A stretch of 64,000 nucleotides of DNA from a virus (IMGVR_UViG_3300012953_000017:1-64000), one strand, 5' to 3'; shown: positions 1 to 9,135, counted from the stretch's first letter. The notes: generated by a model not told the origin, from the sequence alone. Numbers and translations: made by a program.

Positions 1-138
1 AAAGAGGTGACAGATGCGCTAGAAACACTTCGATTTGCCCGGCCAAAGGACTGTGGTCGAAGACGAAGATAAGTCTTCGGCGAAGATCCGAAGTCCACGC
101 CGAGTTAATTTTATAATCTTTCAATATTCGTCTATAAT

Positions 139-384
139 TTGTCTATGAGTAAAATTAAGACACTTTTAGACGAAGTTAAGGAGCAGGCTGTTGCGATCAA
201 AGATTCTATAGAATCTGAAAAGATCAAACGCCTAGACCTTAAAATCGAGAAGCTCACAAAGAAGCAGGATGAGCTTTTAAAAGAAAATCATCAGCTTAAA
301 GCTTTACTCATCCGTGTAATTGAAGACTTAGATAAAGAAAACAAAAGAAACAGATCGTTGCTTAAAAGCTTGCAATCCATATAG
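139..384 (+). CDS. hypothetical coiled-coil protein
   Basis: 81-aa ORF with a heptad-like L/K/E pattern. Confidence 0.6.
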   Translation: MSMSKIKTLLDEVKEQAVAIKDSIESEKIKRLDLKIEKLTKKQDELLKENHQLKALLIRVIEDLDKENKRNRSLLKSLQSI

Positions 385-395
385 TAGGCCGCATA

Positions 396-746
396 TTGAA
401 CAAGAATTTAATATACGCCTCACTTCTATTTGTAGCACTTCATATCTTCGTATGGTTGTCCACAAATCTTCAATTTGTCAATAAATCTTGGCAAAGCAGA
501 TCACTTTTCATTGCTATCATGCTATCAATTCCGATAACTTTTTGCGGGTATTGGGGTTCTAGGTTTGGCTATAATGCGTTAAATGACAGCGCGTGGAGTG
601 TGAGATTTATCGGGTTTGGAACATCATATCTTGTTTTTCCACTTATGACGTGGATGCTTCTTGGAGAGTCTATGTTAACACCTAAGACACTCTTGTGTAT
701 AGGCCTATCAATTATTATCGTGTGTATTCAAGTTTTTTGGAATTAA
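396..746 (+). CDS. small multi-pass membrane protein (SMR/DMT-like topology)
   Basis: 116 aa with about four hydrophobic segments; ends ...LLGE...LCIGLSIIIVCIQ as in DMT-type proteins. Confidence 0.55.
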   Translation: MNKNLIYASLLFVALHIFVWLSTNLQFVNKSWQSRSLFIAIMLSIPITFCGYWGSRFGYNALNDSAWSVRFIGFGTSYLVFPLMTWMLLGESMLTPKTLLCIGLSIIIVCIQVFWN

Positions 747-806
747 GTTAACACTCAACAACCGGGTGTATATTTATTTCTTGATGGGCAAGGAGCACAC
801 AACACC

Positions 807-1019
807 ATGGATCGCAAGACCAAAAAAGATCCAACTGTATGGAGGGCGAAGGTCCTCGTGCTGTATCGAACCGTCTTGCAACTTAAGGCAGAAAACAAAC
901 AGCTGTCTAAACAAGTCAAACGTCTTGAAAGAAAAATTAAATCCATTGAAACGTGGCAAAAAAGAAAAGACTCAATTATCAAATGGGTTAAAAAGATTTT
1001 TTGTTTTAAAAGCAGGTAA
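807..1019 (+). CDS. hypothetical basic coiled-coil protein
   Basis: AAGGAG upstream of the ATG; ATATTTA motif at 770-776. Confidence 0.55.
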   Translation: MDRKTKKDPTVWRAKVLVLYRTVLQLKAENKQLSKQVKRLERKIKSIETWQKRKDSIIKWVKKIFCFKSR

Positions 1020-1021
1020 TA

Positions 1022-1330
1022 ATGTCTAAATCTAGCACACATAATATCTCCTTAACAGAACTTCGATCAATAATTCGAGAAGCTATCTTAAGTGAAAAGA
1101 TCGGAGGAGAAAAAATTAAAGGCTGGAAGCCTCCATGGGCGTCGAGTATCGAGGGCGAAGGAGACTGGGCTACTACGAATCGGTGGGAAGGCTCCGACAA
1201 AGACGAGATGTTCGACCGTCTAGGCGGCTACGAGAGAGAAATCGCCGGTGAGCGAGGTGCTAGTTATGGTCCGGACCATGGTGATGGTGATGACTATGAC
1301 GACGATGACGACGACGACGGAGACGATTAA
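1022..1330 (+). CDS. hypothetical acidic protein with LRSIIREAILSE tag
   Basis: N-terminal recurrent motif and a poly-Asp tail. Confidence 0.65.
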   Translation: MSKSSTHNISLTELRSIIREAILSEKIGGEKIKGWKPPWASSIEGEGDWATTNRWEGSDKDEMFDRLGGYEREIAGERGASYGPDHGDGDDYDDDDDDDGDD

Positions 1331-1345
1331 ACAGGGGAAAGGGGT

Positions 1346-1696
1346 ATGAATCGCCTCACGCAACTCTATAATAACCTAACTTCTCCTAACGCATTCATAT
1401 GGATTCTAGGATTTATATTCGCTGCTAACGCAGTTGATGGTCTTCTGACAGTTATATGGCTAGAACATAAAGTGGCATGGGAAGCCAACCCTCTCATGGC
1501 ATGGCTTTACGACTATAGCCCTGGGCTTTTTCTTTTCCTTAAAATTGCAATTGTTTTCCTAGCACTTCTTGGCTTGTATAGAGTCTCTCATAGAGAGTTG
1601 GCAAGAGTGCTCATATGGCCTGTATTCTGCGTATACGCTTACGTCCTCATGTGGCACATAATTGGAGTGGCTGATGTGGTCGCTCAACTTCGCTAA
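1346..1696 (+). CDS. DUF5658-like membrane protein
   Basis: NAVDGLLT...EANPLM...FLFLK pattern with hydrophobic helices. Confidence 0.65.
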   Translation: MNRLTQLYNNLTSPNAFIWILGFIFAANAVDGLLTVIWLEHKVAWEANPLMAWLYDYSPGLFLFLKIAIVFLALLGLYRVSHRELARVLIWPVFCVYAYVLMWHIIGVADVVAQLR

Positions 1697-1950
1697 ATTG
1701 TTGCGTAGGGCATTGAAATTAACTCTAGTTTCTTTTTTCTGCTCAACTTTTTCAAGGCATATTCTGCCTTACATGCACTAGATCTATCTGCATGCTTTTC
1801 ATAATAAACTAGTCTCACTGGACGCCTAGATCTGGTGTATTTTGCGCCTTTAGAAGAATTATTATGCTCACTTAGACGACGATGTACATCTGTTGTTACA
1901 CCGGTATAGAGAGATCCATCCGAACATTCAACGACGTAAAGATACCACAA
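1693..1950 (-). CDS. GIY-YIG nuclease (UPF0213/YhbQ-like)
   Basis: [38 protein letters not shown]. Confidence 0.9.
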   Translation of the reverse strand: MWYLYVVECSDGSLYTGVTTDVHRRLSEHNNSSKGAKYTRSRRPVRLVYYEKHADRSSACKAEYALKKLSRKKKLELISMPYATI

Positions 1951-1954
1951 AGTC

Positions 1955-2152
1955 CTAGGACTCCTGCATCACCTCTGAATAGCGATATTCCTGCAAAACT
2001 CCATCTCTATCATGTTTTACGACTGCTACCAATTCGGCGCTCATAGCGCCTCCGACCATCCAAGTAGTGGTTTCCGCTTCTTTTATTTCGACAACGACAC
2101 CTGCCATGTCCATGGCAAATATCGGATATACTCTGTCACCAACTTTAATCAT
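1955..2152 (-). CDS. hypothetical protein (MIKVGDRV start, SH3/KOW-like)
   Basis: GAGG RBS; N-terminus typical of small phage proteins. Confidence 0.55.
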   Translation of the reverse strand: MIKVGDRVYPIFAMDMAGVVVEIKEAETTTWMVGGAMSAELVAVVKHDRDGVLQEYRYSEVMQES

Positions 2153-2187
2153 GATTATGATACCTCTCTAAAAACATTATATCATAC

Positions 2188-3102
2188 CTAGGGCTTCATG
2201 TAATCGACATACTTTGTCATCTTCTTAAGTAGCTTTTGAATCGTTCCTGGATGATCATCCTGAAGATACTCGTAATAATGCTGTATAGCGTTCGGAAGTT
2301 TAGGATCAGACAAATCGAACCCTCCAGTCTTCATAAGCTCTAAGGACTTATCATAACCGTATATCGCTAGCATTTCTTCTGCTGCATCATGAGCATGCGC
2401 GTCGATTTCGATGTGGCTTGTGAGGTAGTCTTGTGTGTATAGTTTTTGATCAAAGCCTTCTTTTTCGATTATCTCTTTACCCTCTTCATCCATCATCCCG
2501 GTAGGCTCGAACTTCTCCCAATATTTTGGACTATCCTCATTTGGTACCTGTTTTGGGTCTTGGAGCATCTCGTCAAAAGCCTCTATATCGTCATATAGGC
2601 CTTTCTTAAGTGATTGCTTTTTCATCTGAGTGTAATGAACTAGTTCATGACGAACAGATTGGTTTATGTGCCGAACTAATGCAGCAGGATCAACGTCATT
2701 TGGATCAGCAGTTTCATCAAAAACCATGATCTCCATGTCAACTGTATTTCTACCCGGTCTTTGTTTCGAAACGTACCACCTAGCATCCATAAGCCACCTA
2801 TTAGGATATGCAGGGTGTTCTGGGTGCAGCATCAGATCCGGGTTGCCAGAGTCATGTGAACTTACAAAAACATCAACATCGATTCCGAGTTCGGAAAAAA
2901 CTTCTCTAAGGGCAGACTCTAGTTTGCTAGCTGAAGGCGTCTGCAAAGACCCTGACTTTCCTGCGTCCACATCACTTTCCTCATTAGGCTCTAGCCAGAA
3001 ATTCGAAGCCATCACAGCTCGATCTATTTCTGAAAACCACTCTTTAGGAAGCTTTGTCACCTCTGTCAGCAGCGATCGAATATAACTTCTCAGAACGTGC
3101 AT
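2188..3102 (-). CDS. putative zinc metallopeptidase (HExxH) with N-terminal LRSYIRSLLTE tag
   Basis: VRHELVH followed by YLTSHIEIDAHA, which supplies a candidate third ligand (Glu). Confidence 0.6.
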   Translation of the reverse strand: MHVLRSYIRSLLTEVTKLPKEWFSEIDRAVMASNFWLEPNEESDVDAGKSGSLQTPSASKLESALREVFSELGIDVDVFVSSHDSGNPDLMLHPEHPAYPNRWLMDARWYVSKQRPGRNTVDMEIMVFDETADPNDVDPAALVRHINQSVRHELVHYTQMKKQSLKKGLYDDIEAFDEMLQDPKQVPNEDSPKYWEKFEPTGMMDEEGKEIIEKEGFDQKLYTQDYLTSHIEIDAHAHDAAEEMLAIYGYDKSLELMKTGGFDLSDPKLPNAIQHYYEYLQDDHPGTIQKLLKKMTKYVDYMKP

Positions 3103-3785
3103 TAAGCACCGCCTAGCAGAATCTTCATATGAGATTTGCCACCGATTCCTCTATTGTACCAGCCTTCGTACGCAGAACCATATCTGTTCGCATATTTTTC
3201 GTTAGGATGAACACCCACCCATTCAACAGATTTTCCTAACATGGATTCTACCTGATCCTTAGAAGTTACTGCAGGCACGCCGTAGCGAGTGATCATGATA
3301 TGCGCGATCTTTCCGGACATTTCTGCTATTCCACCCGCCATAAGATCTTTAGCAGTTTCCTCTAAGTACATGTCAATTGCGGCTCGACTTCCATCATGTC
3401 CTACAATTCCCATCTTGTATCTTCCGCTACGCATTTTTCCGCCTCGGAAATAGTCAGGCTCTGGATCGCCGTCGATATCTGCGGCTTTCATAACAGTGTA
3501 TCCTGCAGGCAAATCTTCCGGTGACTGGACCTTGGCATTGCCGTACTTGCCGGGCTCTAGCTCGACATCTGCGTACGCATTTTGAACTAGATCAAAGATC
3601 TCATCAGAAAGTGTAACATCATCTTCTAGGTCTAGCTCTTCTGGGTTTTCCCATTCTTCTTCTTCAAAATCGTCAGGAGTTAAAGGAATAGTTGTGCCTT
3701 TTGGGGCATCTAGATCAGCCCACTTCTTTTCGGTGAGCAATGCTTTTCTTATCAGCGCCCTTAGCTGTACCTCTGACAAGCGCAT
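3102..3785 (-). CDS. hypothetical protein with LRALIRKALLTE tag
   Basis: Start better placed at ATG 3785 (MRLSEVQLR...), which removes the overlap with 3790..4104. Confidence 0.7.
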   Translation of the reverse strand: MRLSEVQLRALIRKALLTEKKWADLDAPKGTTIPLTPDDFEEEEWENPEELDLEDDVTLSDEIFDLVQNAYADVELEPGKYGNAKVQSPEDLPAGYTVMKAADIDGDPEPDYFRGGKMRSGRYKMGIVGHDGSRAAIDMYLEETAKDLMAGGIAEMSGKIAHIMITRYGVPAVTSKDQVESMLGKSVEWVGVHPNEKYANRYGSAYEGWYNRGIGGKSHMKILLGGA

Positions 3786-3789
3786 AAAA

Positions 3790-4104
3790 TCACCCTTGTC
3801 GCTGCTGTCGAATAACTCTGGCCAACGCCTCGCTGGCACGAGAGCGCATAGGAGAAGGTTTCTGCTTAGCCATGTGTGCTCCTGCTCCGGAGCGGTGTTC
3901 GCCTACAACATCAAGCATTTCAGGAGAGTCAACTACAGGATCTGCGTCATGATGAACGTTTGCGTGATCTACATCTTTGTGAAGATTATCAAAGCCAGAC
4001 CATGCATCTTCTTCTGCTTCAACTTCAGATGGGTGCTCGGCGTCTAGCATCTCGGCGACGGCCTCTCGAATAATTCTTCTCAATTGTCTTTGTGTAATTT
4101 TCAT
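3790..4104 (-). CDS. hypothetical acidic protein with MKITQRQLRRIIREA tag
   Basis: AGGAG RBS; ATATTTA motif upstream (+ strand taaatat 4126-4132). Confidence 0.75.
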   Translation of the reverse strand: MKITQRQLRRIIREAVAEMLDAEHPSEVEAEEDAWSGFDNLHKDVDHANVHHDADPVVDSPEMLDVVGEHRSGAGAHMAKQKPSPMRSRASEALARVIRQQRQG

Positions 4105-4131
4105 ATAATATACTCCTGATATTATTAAATA

Positions 4132-4953
4132 TCACTTAAGCAGAGCGTTTAATGCAGAAGGCCCTCCGGGGAGCCAATTCATGTCACACGCACTAGAACC
4201 TACTTTTGCTAGCCCTGTGCCTTTAGATGTCCACTGCCAAACTGTCCACTCATTCCATGAGGAAATATAATCAGGCTCGACCCTATCTAGAGGATCTTTA
4301 ATATAGTCTGCTACCCAAAGAGGATAGTCATCCAGACCACTACAGTCACCTTTTAAGTACCCTCTAATAAACCACTTGGCAGTATATATTAAAGGCTTTC
4401 GTCCGGTTTCTTTCTCACACTCCTGCAGCCACTCTAGAGCCCACTGCCTGTTGTGATCCGGATCGCCTTTGACACCCGATTCGAGGTCTAGCACAGGAAT
4501 TAGATCGCCTTGCAAAATAGAGCTTCCGTAAGACTTAAGAAAGTGCTGAACTTCAACTTTTGGATCGTTGTTTTCGGGACGACCAAAGTGATATCCACCT
4601 ACAGGTATTCCGTTTCTTCGGCAGCCTTCAAGATTTCTCTTTCGACGCTTGTCTTTAAACGTCCTGCCTTCACTTATCTTGGCCCAGACGTATGCTACTC
4701 GGTTTTGATCTACAGAAGACCAGTCAATCTTTCCGTTCCAATGACTTACATCCACACCTGAGTAGACGTCCATCCCCAAACTAGACAGTGTTCTTTGTCC
4801 AGCGACGCCGTCTTGATCTAAATTGTGTGCAGCTTGGTACGTAATCAGTGCTGCCTCTGTCTTAGGGCCGAAATCCCCATCAACTGATAAATTTCCTAAC
4901 AAGGTCTGGAGCCTTTTAACTTCTTGTCCCGCATGCCCATTTTTTAGGATCAT
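4132..4953 (-). CDS. endolysin: peptidoglycan-binding domain plus GH25 muramidase
   Basis: VDGDFGPKTEAA..YQ..L.QDGVAG (PG_binding_1); GVDVSHWNG, KISEG, GGYHF, LDLE, LWVADY, WQWTS (GH25). Start set at MILKNG (4953), directly after the upstream gene. Confidence 0.9.
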   Translation of the reverse strand: MILKNGHAGQEVKRLQTLLGNLSVDGDFGPKTEAALITYQAAHNLDQDGVAGQRTLSSLGMDVYSGVDVSHWNGKIDWSSVDQNRVAYVWAKISEGRTFKDKRRKRNLEGCRRNGIPVGGYHFGRPENNDPKVEVQHFLKSYGSSILQGDLIPVLDLESGVKGDPDHNRQWALEWLQECEKETGRKPLIYTAKWFIRGYLKGDCSGLDDYPLWVADYIKDPLDRVEPDYISSWNEWTVWQWTSKGTGLAKVGSSACDMNWLPGGPSALNALLK

Positions 4954-4954
4954 A

Positions 4955-5323
4955 CTATCTCTCATCTCGGGATTCGTGCTCGTGGACTTCCCTCGTCTCG
5001 AGAACGGGAACGACATGAGCTGTCGGCACATTTCTAAGAATTTGTTTTCCGAATTTAAGGTCATAATACCTAATATCTCCACTCTCGCTTAGCGAATGCC
5101 ACAACACAGTACCCACCTCATCTCTACCGATTCCATGAACTTCTCTCATAGCTGGGGACCCCAGCTTACCGTGCTTGAGTCATTGATGGCTTATGAGGTC
5201 TTCTTTTTCATCGGGCAAATGAGATAAGTCTGCCTGATCCATGCCACTTCCAAAAGGGGTGGCTGATTGGCTTTTTATGGCTTCTCTAATGATTTTTCTA
5301 AGTTGTCTATTTGTGACTTTCAT
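4955..5323 (-). CDS. candidate selenoprotein, 122 aa with in-frame TGA at codon 48 (5180-5182); His-rich putative metal-binding domain
   Basis: One frame reads MKVTNRQLRKIIREAIKSQSATPFGSGMDQADLSHLPDEKEDLISHQ*LKHGKLGSPA then MREVHGIG...WHSLSESGDIRYYDLKFG...HEHESRDER; SECIS-like hairpin just 3' of the TGA. Confidence 0.7.
5150..5166 (-). promoter_or_regulatory. putative bacterial-type SECIS hairpin
   Basis: mRNA reads UGA CUCAAGCACGGUA AGCUGGG-GUC-CCCAGCU; perfect stem with apical GGUC starting 19 nt after the UGA. Confidence 0.6.
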
Positions 5324-5387
5324 AAAGTAACCTTATGTGTAATAGTTTCATATGTTAAGTATGATCTAAGGCACAAGAAGGACAGTC

Positions 5388-6485
5388 TTAGACCTGCTCA
5401 AAAAGTAGTTCGTCTAAAACATGGAGATACTGTTTGTAATCATCTCCATGGATTCCGTAAAGCGCAGTTACCGCCGAGCTTAAAAGCGAGTTGCCGTCCT
5501 GAGGTGTAAAACAAAATCCAGTCACTGCAGTTTTGTTATTTTTTGTTTTTCTCACCTGAAGTGACGGCACTGAAACTACTGCTTGATTGTAGATTCTCCC
5601 ATAGTATCCGTGGTCTCGACCGAATGAAAACACCTTGTTCGAGCAAGCTTTGTGTGTGAGAGCAATAAATTTATTTTCTCTCAACATTCCTACTACATCT
5701 TCATGTGACATGGCTTTGTCGACTGTAATAGAAAATCTTATTGTGTGCATATACTGAGAATTTGTTTTCATCGCAGAAGAATAAACGGGCACCGATTTTT
5801 TAACAGTTTGCATTAAGTCGTTGACGTCTCTTGCGTGATGCGTACCAAATTTTTTGTCACTATGACTCCCTAAAGTCGGAGAAGCCACAAAACTTCCATC
5901 TTGACTCACATCATTTGCGCGCCGTATGCAAACAAAGTCACTTTCTACTACTTTTCCAAAAGACCCAAGTGTCGCTAACAGACATGCGATATTATGTGTG
6001 TTGCAGCTGACGACTTGCACAAATCTTGTGGACATGAAATGAGGATCCCCAAGGATGTCATCGTTAATACCATACGCATATGGCACACCGAACCCCTTTT
6101 CGCTTCCTTGCGCGACAAAAAGAATTCTTCCAGAATAAGCAGCGTCTAGCCCTAGATAATTCTCATCCTTGTTTTGATTTCCTGCAGGAGTGCAATCTAT
6201 TACAACGTCAACTTTATTAAATACTGAGTCCAACAAGTCCTTGGCGTGATTACCATACACATTAAATTTTTCAGCACAGGCAAGATCAGTCGCTACAAGT
6301 TTTGCACCTTTTCGGCACATACTGTTGACTTTTCCTACTTCATCGATAAGCGGCGTTCGCTTATGGAAATAGACATTTTCAATACCTAGACGCTTTCTAA
6401 GAGTTGCTAGCAACCCAACAAGAGGCTCACCAATGGTGCCTGTTCCTACAACTAAAACAGATTTTTTACTCAAGATCTTCTCCAA
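5388..6485 (-). CDS. type II (archaeal-type) glyceraldehyde-3-phosphate dehydrogenase-like protein
   Basis: Rossmann GTGTIG, DVVIDCTP, QGSEK, catalytic VVSCNTH, RRAND, THHARDV. Confidence 0.7.
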   Translation of the reverse strand: MEKILSKKSVLVVGTGTIGEPLVGLLATLRKRLGIENVYFHKRTPLIDEVGKVNSMCRKGAKLVATDLACAEKFNVYGNHAKDLLDSVFNKVDVVIDCTPAGNQNKDENYLGLDAAYSGRILFVAQGSEKGFGVPYAYGINDDILGDPHFMSTRFVQVVSCNTHNIACLLATLGSFGKVVESDFVCIRRANDVSQDGSFVASPTLGSHSDKKFGTHHARDVNDLMQTVKKSVPVYSSAMKTNSQYMHTIRFSITVDKAMSHEDVVGMLRENKFIALTHKACSNKVFSFGRDHGYYGRIYNQAVVSVPSLQVRKTKNNKTAVTGFCFTPQDGNSLLSSAVTALYGIHGDDYKQYLHVLDELLFEQV

Positions 6486-6492
6486 TAATATA

Positions 6493-6723
6493 TTACATCC
6501 AATTTTTTTGCAAAGTGGCCAAGCATTCTTCTGCCTCTGAGAGTTTAGCAGTCCACGACTTTATCTCGTCCATAAAATTAGAGTGGTCAGCTATGGCTAC
6601 AGGTTTGCTAAAATATATGTTCAGCACCGCAATTGCCTCGTCGCGCTGTGCTTCATAGTATTTTCGAGTTGCAGTTAACAAGGTTGGATGACTAGAATTA
6701 CACTTTTTATTGGCACATGCCAT
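6493..6723 (-). CDS. hypothetical phage protein
   Basis: AAGGAG RBS; helical 76-aa ORF. Confidence 0.65.
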   Translation of the reverse strand: MACANKKCNSSHPTLLTATRKYYEAQRDEAIAVLNIYFSKPVAIADHSNFMDEIKSWTAKLSEAEECLATLQKNWM

Positions 6724-6773
6724 TGCTATTCTCCTTACAGATTATTATAATAAAATGTTCATTTGGGTAAACC

Positions 6774-7820
6774 CTATAGACGGTTCACGTGAGTGCTACT
6801 TTCAACAACCCCGTTTGAAGACTGTCGTGTAAGGGTAGACTTCGATCTAAAGTCGGACAAGGACCGGCATCCGCTATAAGAAAGTCCGCTGCGAATACCT
6901 TTTTCTAAACGCTCGAGAACATCTGCAACTGGCCCCTTATAGGGGATCGTTGAAGATACACCCTCTTCAGAAGATGTATGACCTCTCCAGTCAATTTGAG
7001 CTTCAACAGATGCCATTCCTCGGTATACTTTGTGCTTTGTATAAACCTGTCTTCCGTTGATAATCTCGGGCTTCTCAATCACTTCCCCAGGGGATTCATC
7101 TGTACCTGCCAAAAGTGACCCCAGCATAACTAAATCAGCGCCGGCAGCGAGAGACTTAACAATATCACCGCTGGTTCGAATACCTCCGTCAGCAATTAGT
7201 GCAGCATCTCTGTCAGAACGAGAACACTCAATTATCGACTGTAAAGTTGGCATGCCATGGCCTGTCTGAATTCTAGTAGAACAAATAGATCCTCCGCCGA
7301 TACCAACTCTGACAGAATTGGCGCCCCAGTCTGATAGATCGTTAAAAGCCTCTAGCGTAGCGACATTTCCTGCCATGATATGCAAACTGCCTACATACGG
7401 GTCTTCTCTTAAGGAGCGCAAGGCATCTTTCATCATTACATGATGTCCGTGCGCGATGTCTACGCAAATAACGTCTGCGCCGGCTTTAGCAAGCGAGCGC
7501 GCTCGGCGTAAAAAATCACCAGATACACCAACAGCTGCTCCAACAACAGGACAACCACCGTTCTTCGCCGAATACACAGCCTCTGATTGTTGATCCATTG
7601 TATTGTATCGGTGGATGATTCCTAGACCACCTTGGGCAGACATCTGGACTGCCATTGAAGTACCTGTCACCGTGTCCATTGGACTCGACACTATCGGCAA
7701 ACTAAATTTATGTGTGCCTATGTTGGGTACATTGCTTGTGAGGTCAATTTCTTTTCTGGACTTAATGTCAGAATAACGAGGTGTCAAAAGAACATCATCA
7801 AAACAAACGCCTAATTTCAT
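6774..7820 (-). CDS. guaB: IMP dehydrogenase / GMP reductase family protein (no CBS domains)
   Basis: [53 protein letters not shown]. Confidence 0.85.
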   Translation of the reverse strand: MKLGVCFDDVLLTPRYSDIKSRKEIDLTSNVPNIGTHKFSLPIVSSPMDTVTGTSMAVQMSAQGGLGIIHRYNTMDQQSEAVYSAKNGGCPVVGAAVGVSGDFLRRARSLAKAGADVICVDIAHGHHVMMKDALRSLREDPYVGSLHIMAGNVATLEAFNDLSDWGANSVRVGIGGGSICSTRIQTGHGMPTLQSIIECSRSDRDAALIADGGIRTSGDIVKSLAAGADLVMLGSLLAGTDESPGEVIEKPEIINGRQVYTKHKVYRGMASVEAQIDWRGHTSSEEGVSSTIPYKGPVADVLERLEKGIRSGLSYSGCRSLSDFRSKSTLTRQSSNGVVESSTHVNRL

Positions 7821-7842
7821 TTTATGTATCCATTATTAATAT

Positions 7843-7938
7843 CTAGAACGCAAACCCAACAATAGAAAATACAACTACAGCTGTAAATCCAACGATTCGA
7901 AAAAATCTAATATCATCATTGTCAAAAAACTTTTTCAT
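7843..7938 (-). CDS. 31-aa single-pass membrane peptide
   Basis: AGGAGA RBS then MKKFFDNDDIRFFRIVGFTAVVVFSIVGFAF. Confidence 0.5.
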   Translation of the reverse strand: MKKFFDNDDIRFFRIVGFTAVVVFSIVGFAF

Positions 7939-7961
7939 TATCTCTTCTCCTTTAAAAATAA

Positions 7962-8046
7962 TGGTGCGCAAGGTGGGACTCGAACCCACACGCCGTAAGG
8001 CACAGGAACCTAAATCCTGCGCGTCTGCCAATTCCGCCACTCGCGC
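7962..8046 (-). tRNA. tRNA-Leu (anticodon TAG)
   Basis: GCGCGAG acceptor; D-arm GGCGGAATTGGCAGACGC; anticodon arm CAGGA-TTTAGGT-TCCTG; long variable arm; GTTCGAGTC; encoded CCA. Confidence 0.95.
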
Positions 8047-8051
8047 TCGTA

Positions 8052-8159
8052 TTAATAGCCCGGGCATTGCGAAAACATGTAACCCACGCTTCCCACATAA
8101 AGCACGATGATCACTGCTGTTAATCCCGCATATTTTATAGTTTTGCTATCAAATTTCAT
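8052..8159 (-). CDS. 35-aa membrane peptide between the two tRNAs
   Basis: MKFDSKTIKYAGLTAVIIVLYVGSVGYMFSQCPGY fills the gap exactly. Confidence 0.4.
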   Translation of the reverse strand: MKFDSKTIKYAGLTAVIIVLYVGSVGYMFSQCPGY

Positions 8160-8175
8160 CTATCAGATCCATGTT

Positions 8176-8252
8176 TGGTGGGCCTCCGGGGACTTGAACC
8201 CCGAACCTGCCGGTTATGAGCCGGATGCTCTTACCAATTGAGCTAGAGGCCC
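8176..8252 (-). tRNA. tRNA with CAT anticodon, most likely tRNA-Ile2 (lysidine acceptor)
   Basis: GGGCCTC/GAGGCCC acceptor with C4-G69 and C5-G68; loop CTCATAA; encoded CCA; lies near tilS. Confidence 0.9.
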
Positions 8253-8272
8253 TCATTCCTCATGTCTATATC

Positions 8273-8533
8273 TTAACCAACTCTCTCCAAGTGTTCAACA
8301 GAAATTTTCTCATAAAGAACACCTTTATGCATAATGTCGCACGCTCTATAAACAGTAGTCAGCTTACTTCCATCATCAAACTCTCTTCTGAAAGAGCATT
8401 CGTACGGACCTCGAACTACAACAGCCGGGTCATTCCATCTAGCCTTTGTCTCTTCATCGCACTCTTCGAGCAAGACAGACTTTCCTTTCTCAACTGGAAG
8501 AGATCGAAGTTTCACTAAGCTTCCTTTATACAC
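8273..8533 (-). CDS. hypothetical protein
   Basis: AAGGA RBS; in series after tilS. Confidence 0.6.
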   Translation of the reverse strand: MYKGSLVKLRSLPVEKGKSVLLEECDEETKARWNDPAVVVRGPYECSFRREFDDGSKLTTVYRACDIMHKGVLYEKISVEHLERVG

Positions 8534-9135
8534 GCGTATTCCTTTTCAACTTTCTTGATCATTGTCTTCGCTAAGCCTGGGTTAACCTTCATTGCCATTT
8601 TCATCATATTGTTTCGAATATGATTTCTCATGTAGCTGTCATCATCATTAGAAGGGTCTTCCACATATGGCACATTGCTTTTGTTTGCCCACCTATAAAA
8701 GCATTTCTTATTGGTTGTTAGAAAAGGTCTTATCACATCCACATCATCTCGTCGATACGGTATTAGCCTAGGGTTACCATGAAGAGCTGTGAATATCCAC
8801 CACTCAATAACGTCTCCCAAATGGTGTGCTGTAACAATCGGGCCTTTTAAGCCGCTGAAAAATTCGTATCTTTCATTTCTCCAAAACTCTTCAACACTTG
8901 TCTTTGGTGGCCTTTCTTTTGATAAGCGTCCGATTATTGTAGGGATGTGATGCCTACGACAATATGAAAGCACAACATCTTCAGCCTCTCTAGCGTAAAC
9001 AGTCCCATGATTAAAATGTGCGACAGTGATCTTCTTTTTTCCTTTTCTAAGAAAATCTAAAACTGCCATAGAATCAACGCCGCCGCTGCATGCGACAGTC
9101 ACTTCTCTTGGGATTTTTCCTAAAATCTTGATCAT
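8515..9135 (-). CDS. tilS: tRNA(Ile)-lysidine synthetase (minimal, N-terminal domain only)
   Basis: SGGVDSM PP-loop, HFNHG, R.ERY.F, TAHHLGD..E, IRPFL, EDPSN, RNHIR. Confidence 0.9.
   Translation of the reverse strand: MIKILGKIPREVTVACSGGVDSMAVLDFLRKGKKKITVAHFNHGTVYAREAEDVVLSYCRRHHIPTIIGRLSKERPPKTSVEEFWRNERYEFFSGLKGPIVTAHHLGDVIEWWIFTALHGNPRLIPYRRDDVDVIRPFLTTNKKCFYRWANKSNVPYVEDPSNDDDSYMRNHIRNNMMKMAMKVNPGLAKTMIKKVEKEYACIKEA

Noticed and set aside
4954-5082. N-terminal extension of the endolysin ORF (MEILG...)
   Set aside because: It overlaps the candidate selenoprotein gene in another frame; the PG-binding domain starts at MILKNG (4953).
7843-8518. ORFs 7843..8067 (5' part), 7919..8110 and 8216..8518
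   Set aside because: They overlap well-formed tRNA genes or are antisense to real genes; only the 31-aa 3' part of the first has its own RBS.
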